Source of the DNA: Camelus dromedarius
Taxonomy: Eukaryota
Reading direction: 5' to 3'
NCBI RefSeq assembly: GCF_036321535.1
Contig: NC_087436.1
Coordinates: 22,074,001 to 22,138,000 of the forward strand
Length of the DNA: 64,000 nt
Both the position numbers and the translations under genes were made by a program. The notes below the pieces were generated by a model. The model saw only the letters and a program-made list of their open reading frames with translations, was not told the origin of the DNA and did not search any database. Shown one piece after another: positions 61,615 to 64,000 of the stretch (its first letter is position 1; the number at the start of each line of letters is the position of its first letter).

Positions 61615-63400
61615 TCTATTTTATAAACATTCCGTAAAATTGACTTTTTATTGTGTACAGTCCCATGAATTTTAACAATGTGTAGATTCTTGTAACCACC
61701 ACCACAGTCAGGATACAGAACTATTTCATGACCGTAGAGGAATCTCCCTCCCTCTGTCCCTTTGATTCATGCCTCCACCCATGCCAACCTCTGGCAACCA
61801 CCGTCTATCTGTGTTCTCCATCACCATACCTCTTACTTTTTGAGAAAGTCATTGAATCATAAAGTACAGATCCTTTTGAGACTGGCTTCATTTATTCAGT
61901 CTAATGACTGTGCAGTTCATCAAGGTATTGTGCATATCAACAGCAGTTGTTTTTTTCATTGCTGAGTAGTAGTTCACGATGGGGTGGTACCACAGTGTAT
62001 TGAACTGTCCATAGTAAAGTATATTTTGGTTCTTTCCAGTTTTGAGTGATTATGAATGGAGCTACTAAAATATTCATGTGCAGGTTTTCCTGTGACCCTA
62101 AGTTTTCATATCTTTAGGGTAAATACCTAGGATTGGAGTTTCTGAGTCATATGGCAAGTATGTGTTGAACTCTGTAAGAAACTGCTGCGCTGTTTCCCCC
62201 ACCAGCAGCGTACAAGAGTTTCAGTGGCTCTGCCCCCTCACCAGCCATTCTAAGGTATAGAATGACATCTCATAGTGCTTTTAATTTTCATTTTTCTAAC
62301 ACCCAGTTTTCCACGGGCCATTTGTTATCTGTATATCCTCTTCTTGAGACACGTCTGTTCGACTTGTTTGCCTGTTTATTTATTATGTTGTTCATTTTCT
62401 TGCTGTTGAGTTTTGAGGGCTCTTTATGTATTTGGGATGCAAATTCTGTCAGATACATGATTTGCAGATGTTTTCTTTCCAGTCAGTAGCTTGTCTTTTC
62501 ATTCATGTGACAGTGTCTTTCACAGAGCAAATGTGTCAATTTTGATGAAGTTCAGTGTATCAAATTTTTTCTTCTTTAGATGGTGCATATTTAAGAACAC
62601 TTTGACTTAGCCAGTTCATGAAGACTTTTCTCATATGTCTTTTTTTTTAAAAGTTTTCTATTTTTATGTTTTACATTTAGGTCAATGAGCCATTTTAATT
62701 TTTGTTTCAGTTGAGAAGTTTAAGTAGACTTTCATTTTTTCCCTAAGTGGATGTCTGATTGTTCCAGAACCATTTGTTGAAAGGACTATTCTTTATCTAG
62801 CACATTGACTGTAACTTTGTCAAAACACTTGGCCACATAGTTTCTGTATTCTGTTTCATTTATCAATATATCTGTCTCTTTGCAAATACCATACAATTTT
62901 GATTACTGTAGATTTAAAATAAGTCTTTAAACCAGTAGATACAATTTCTCCATGCTTGTTCTTATTTCTCAAAAGTACACGGGCATTCTAGTAACTATGC
63001 TTTTGATAAATTTTTGAGTCAGCTCTATCAGTATCTACAAAAAATGTTGTTGGAATTTTAATTGGTATTGTCTTAAATCTGTAGGTCATTTTGGGGAGAA
63101 TTGACATCTTTGTAAAGTTAAGTCTTTCAATACATGAACACAGTATGCCTCACCATTTATTTAGACCTTTTTTTGATTTCTTCCATCATCATTTGTAGTT
63201 TTCAGCATATAGATCTTATACATTTTTATTGGATGTATACTTAAGTACTTTATTTGTTTTGGACTTATTATAAAAGATATATATGTGTGTGTGTGTGTAT
63301 GTGTGTGTTTGTGTGTGTGTGTGTGTGTGTATAAAATTTCAGTTCCTAATTGTTAACTGCTACATATTTGTATGTTGACATGGTGTCCTGTGAAAACTTG
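61615..63400 (-). mobile_element. Old L1 (L1MC-like) 3' portion
   Basis: tgtaaccaccaccacagtcaggatacagaac..., gggtaaatacctaggattggag, gttccagaaccatttgttgaaaggacta, ggtcattttggggagaattgacatct are antisense L1 ORF2/3'UTR motifs. Confidence 0.88.
63277..63330. repeat. (TA)n(TG)n microsatellite
   Basis: Directly visible. Confidence 0.95.
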
Positions 63401-64000
63401 TCATTTCAATACCATTTCAATATCACTTCTGTTTGCAAAACTTTTGTAATGTTATTTGTTCCTGTCCTTCAAGTTTGTCACCCAGGTGACAGTCTAGGAG
63501 CTGGAGTGTGGTGTAGTCCATAATTATTTCTCAAAGTGTCTGATACGCTATTTAGATCCATGCATGCACAGCTTGGGGTAAGCCCAGAAGTTCATGAACA
63601 ACATTAAGAAGTTCCTTCCTGAGCCTCTTCCTCTCCCCCTGGAACATTCCTGTCTCCTGTGGCTTCCTTTTTTGAACTTCATCCAGAAAGCTGGGGTTTT
63701 ATTTTCCCTTCTCTGTCACTCAATTGCACCCCCTTCTGGAAAGAGCAGAGAGAGATGAAAAATAAAGGGCAAGGGCGTTCACCCCATACCCTTGGGCTCA
63801 CAGCTCCAATCAGAGAGGAAACTTTCCCTTCCTCGTAATTTTAGGCGCCTGCAGGTCCTCCGCGCTGCCACTTTTGCTGCTGCCACCACTGGGTTACGTG
63901 GGAGCTGGGACACAAGAGAGTGGGAAAAAGAAAAGGGATTTCATCATTCTTCTGAGTGTTAGGAGACCTCTGCTCTGTTCTCTGAGCCAGGGCTAGAGGG

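Larger units (their letters stand above)
1..64000 (+). other. INPP4B: INPP4B gene body (long introns flanking the two exons; upstream and downstream exons lie outside the window)
   Basis: Two consecutive INPP4B exons lie 8.5 kb apart. I did not find the preceding (...DKSHDT) or following (TSDGGKVVG...) exon peptides in the window. Confidence 0.88.

Overview
This is AT-rich mammalian genomic DNA, almost certainly camelid, based on a Vic-1-type tRNA-derived SINE at ~43.1 kb and camelid-like L1 3' ends. The whole window lies inside the INPP4B gene (inositol polyphosphate 4-phosphatase type II) on the + strand. Two canonical coding exons are present: 31142-31192 (VRTSVLSEHKDPPPEVG) and 39677-39756 ([27 protein letters not shown]), both in the C-terminal part of the C2-domain region. 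The rest is intron, containing an old RPL5 processed pseudogene (~55.3-56.2 kb), many L1, L2, MIR, MaLR/ERVL LTR and hAT/Tigger relics, microsatellites and a 141-bp tandem duplication. There are no prokaryote-type systems (CRISPR, operons), and nearly all ORFs in the supplied track look spurious. The most interesting signals are candidate unannotated INPP4B exons around the C2 exons. The best is a putative alternative first exon encoding a Cys/Trp/basic N-terminus (MTDKLCRRWCWICNKETKKE) in frame with the 51-nt exon. Others are an in-frame 15/30-nt microexon and several poison-exon candidates. All of these are motif-based inferences that need RNA-seq or conservation support. Gene and repeat-family names come from recall of consensus sequences, not from a database search.
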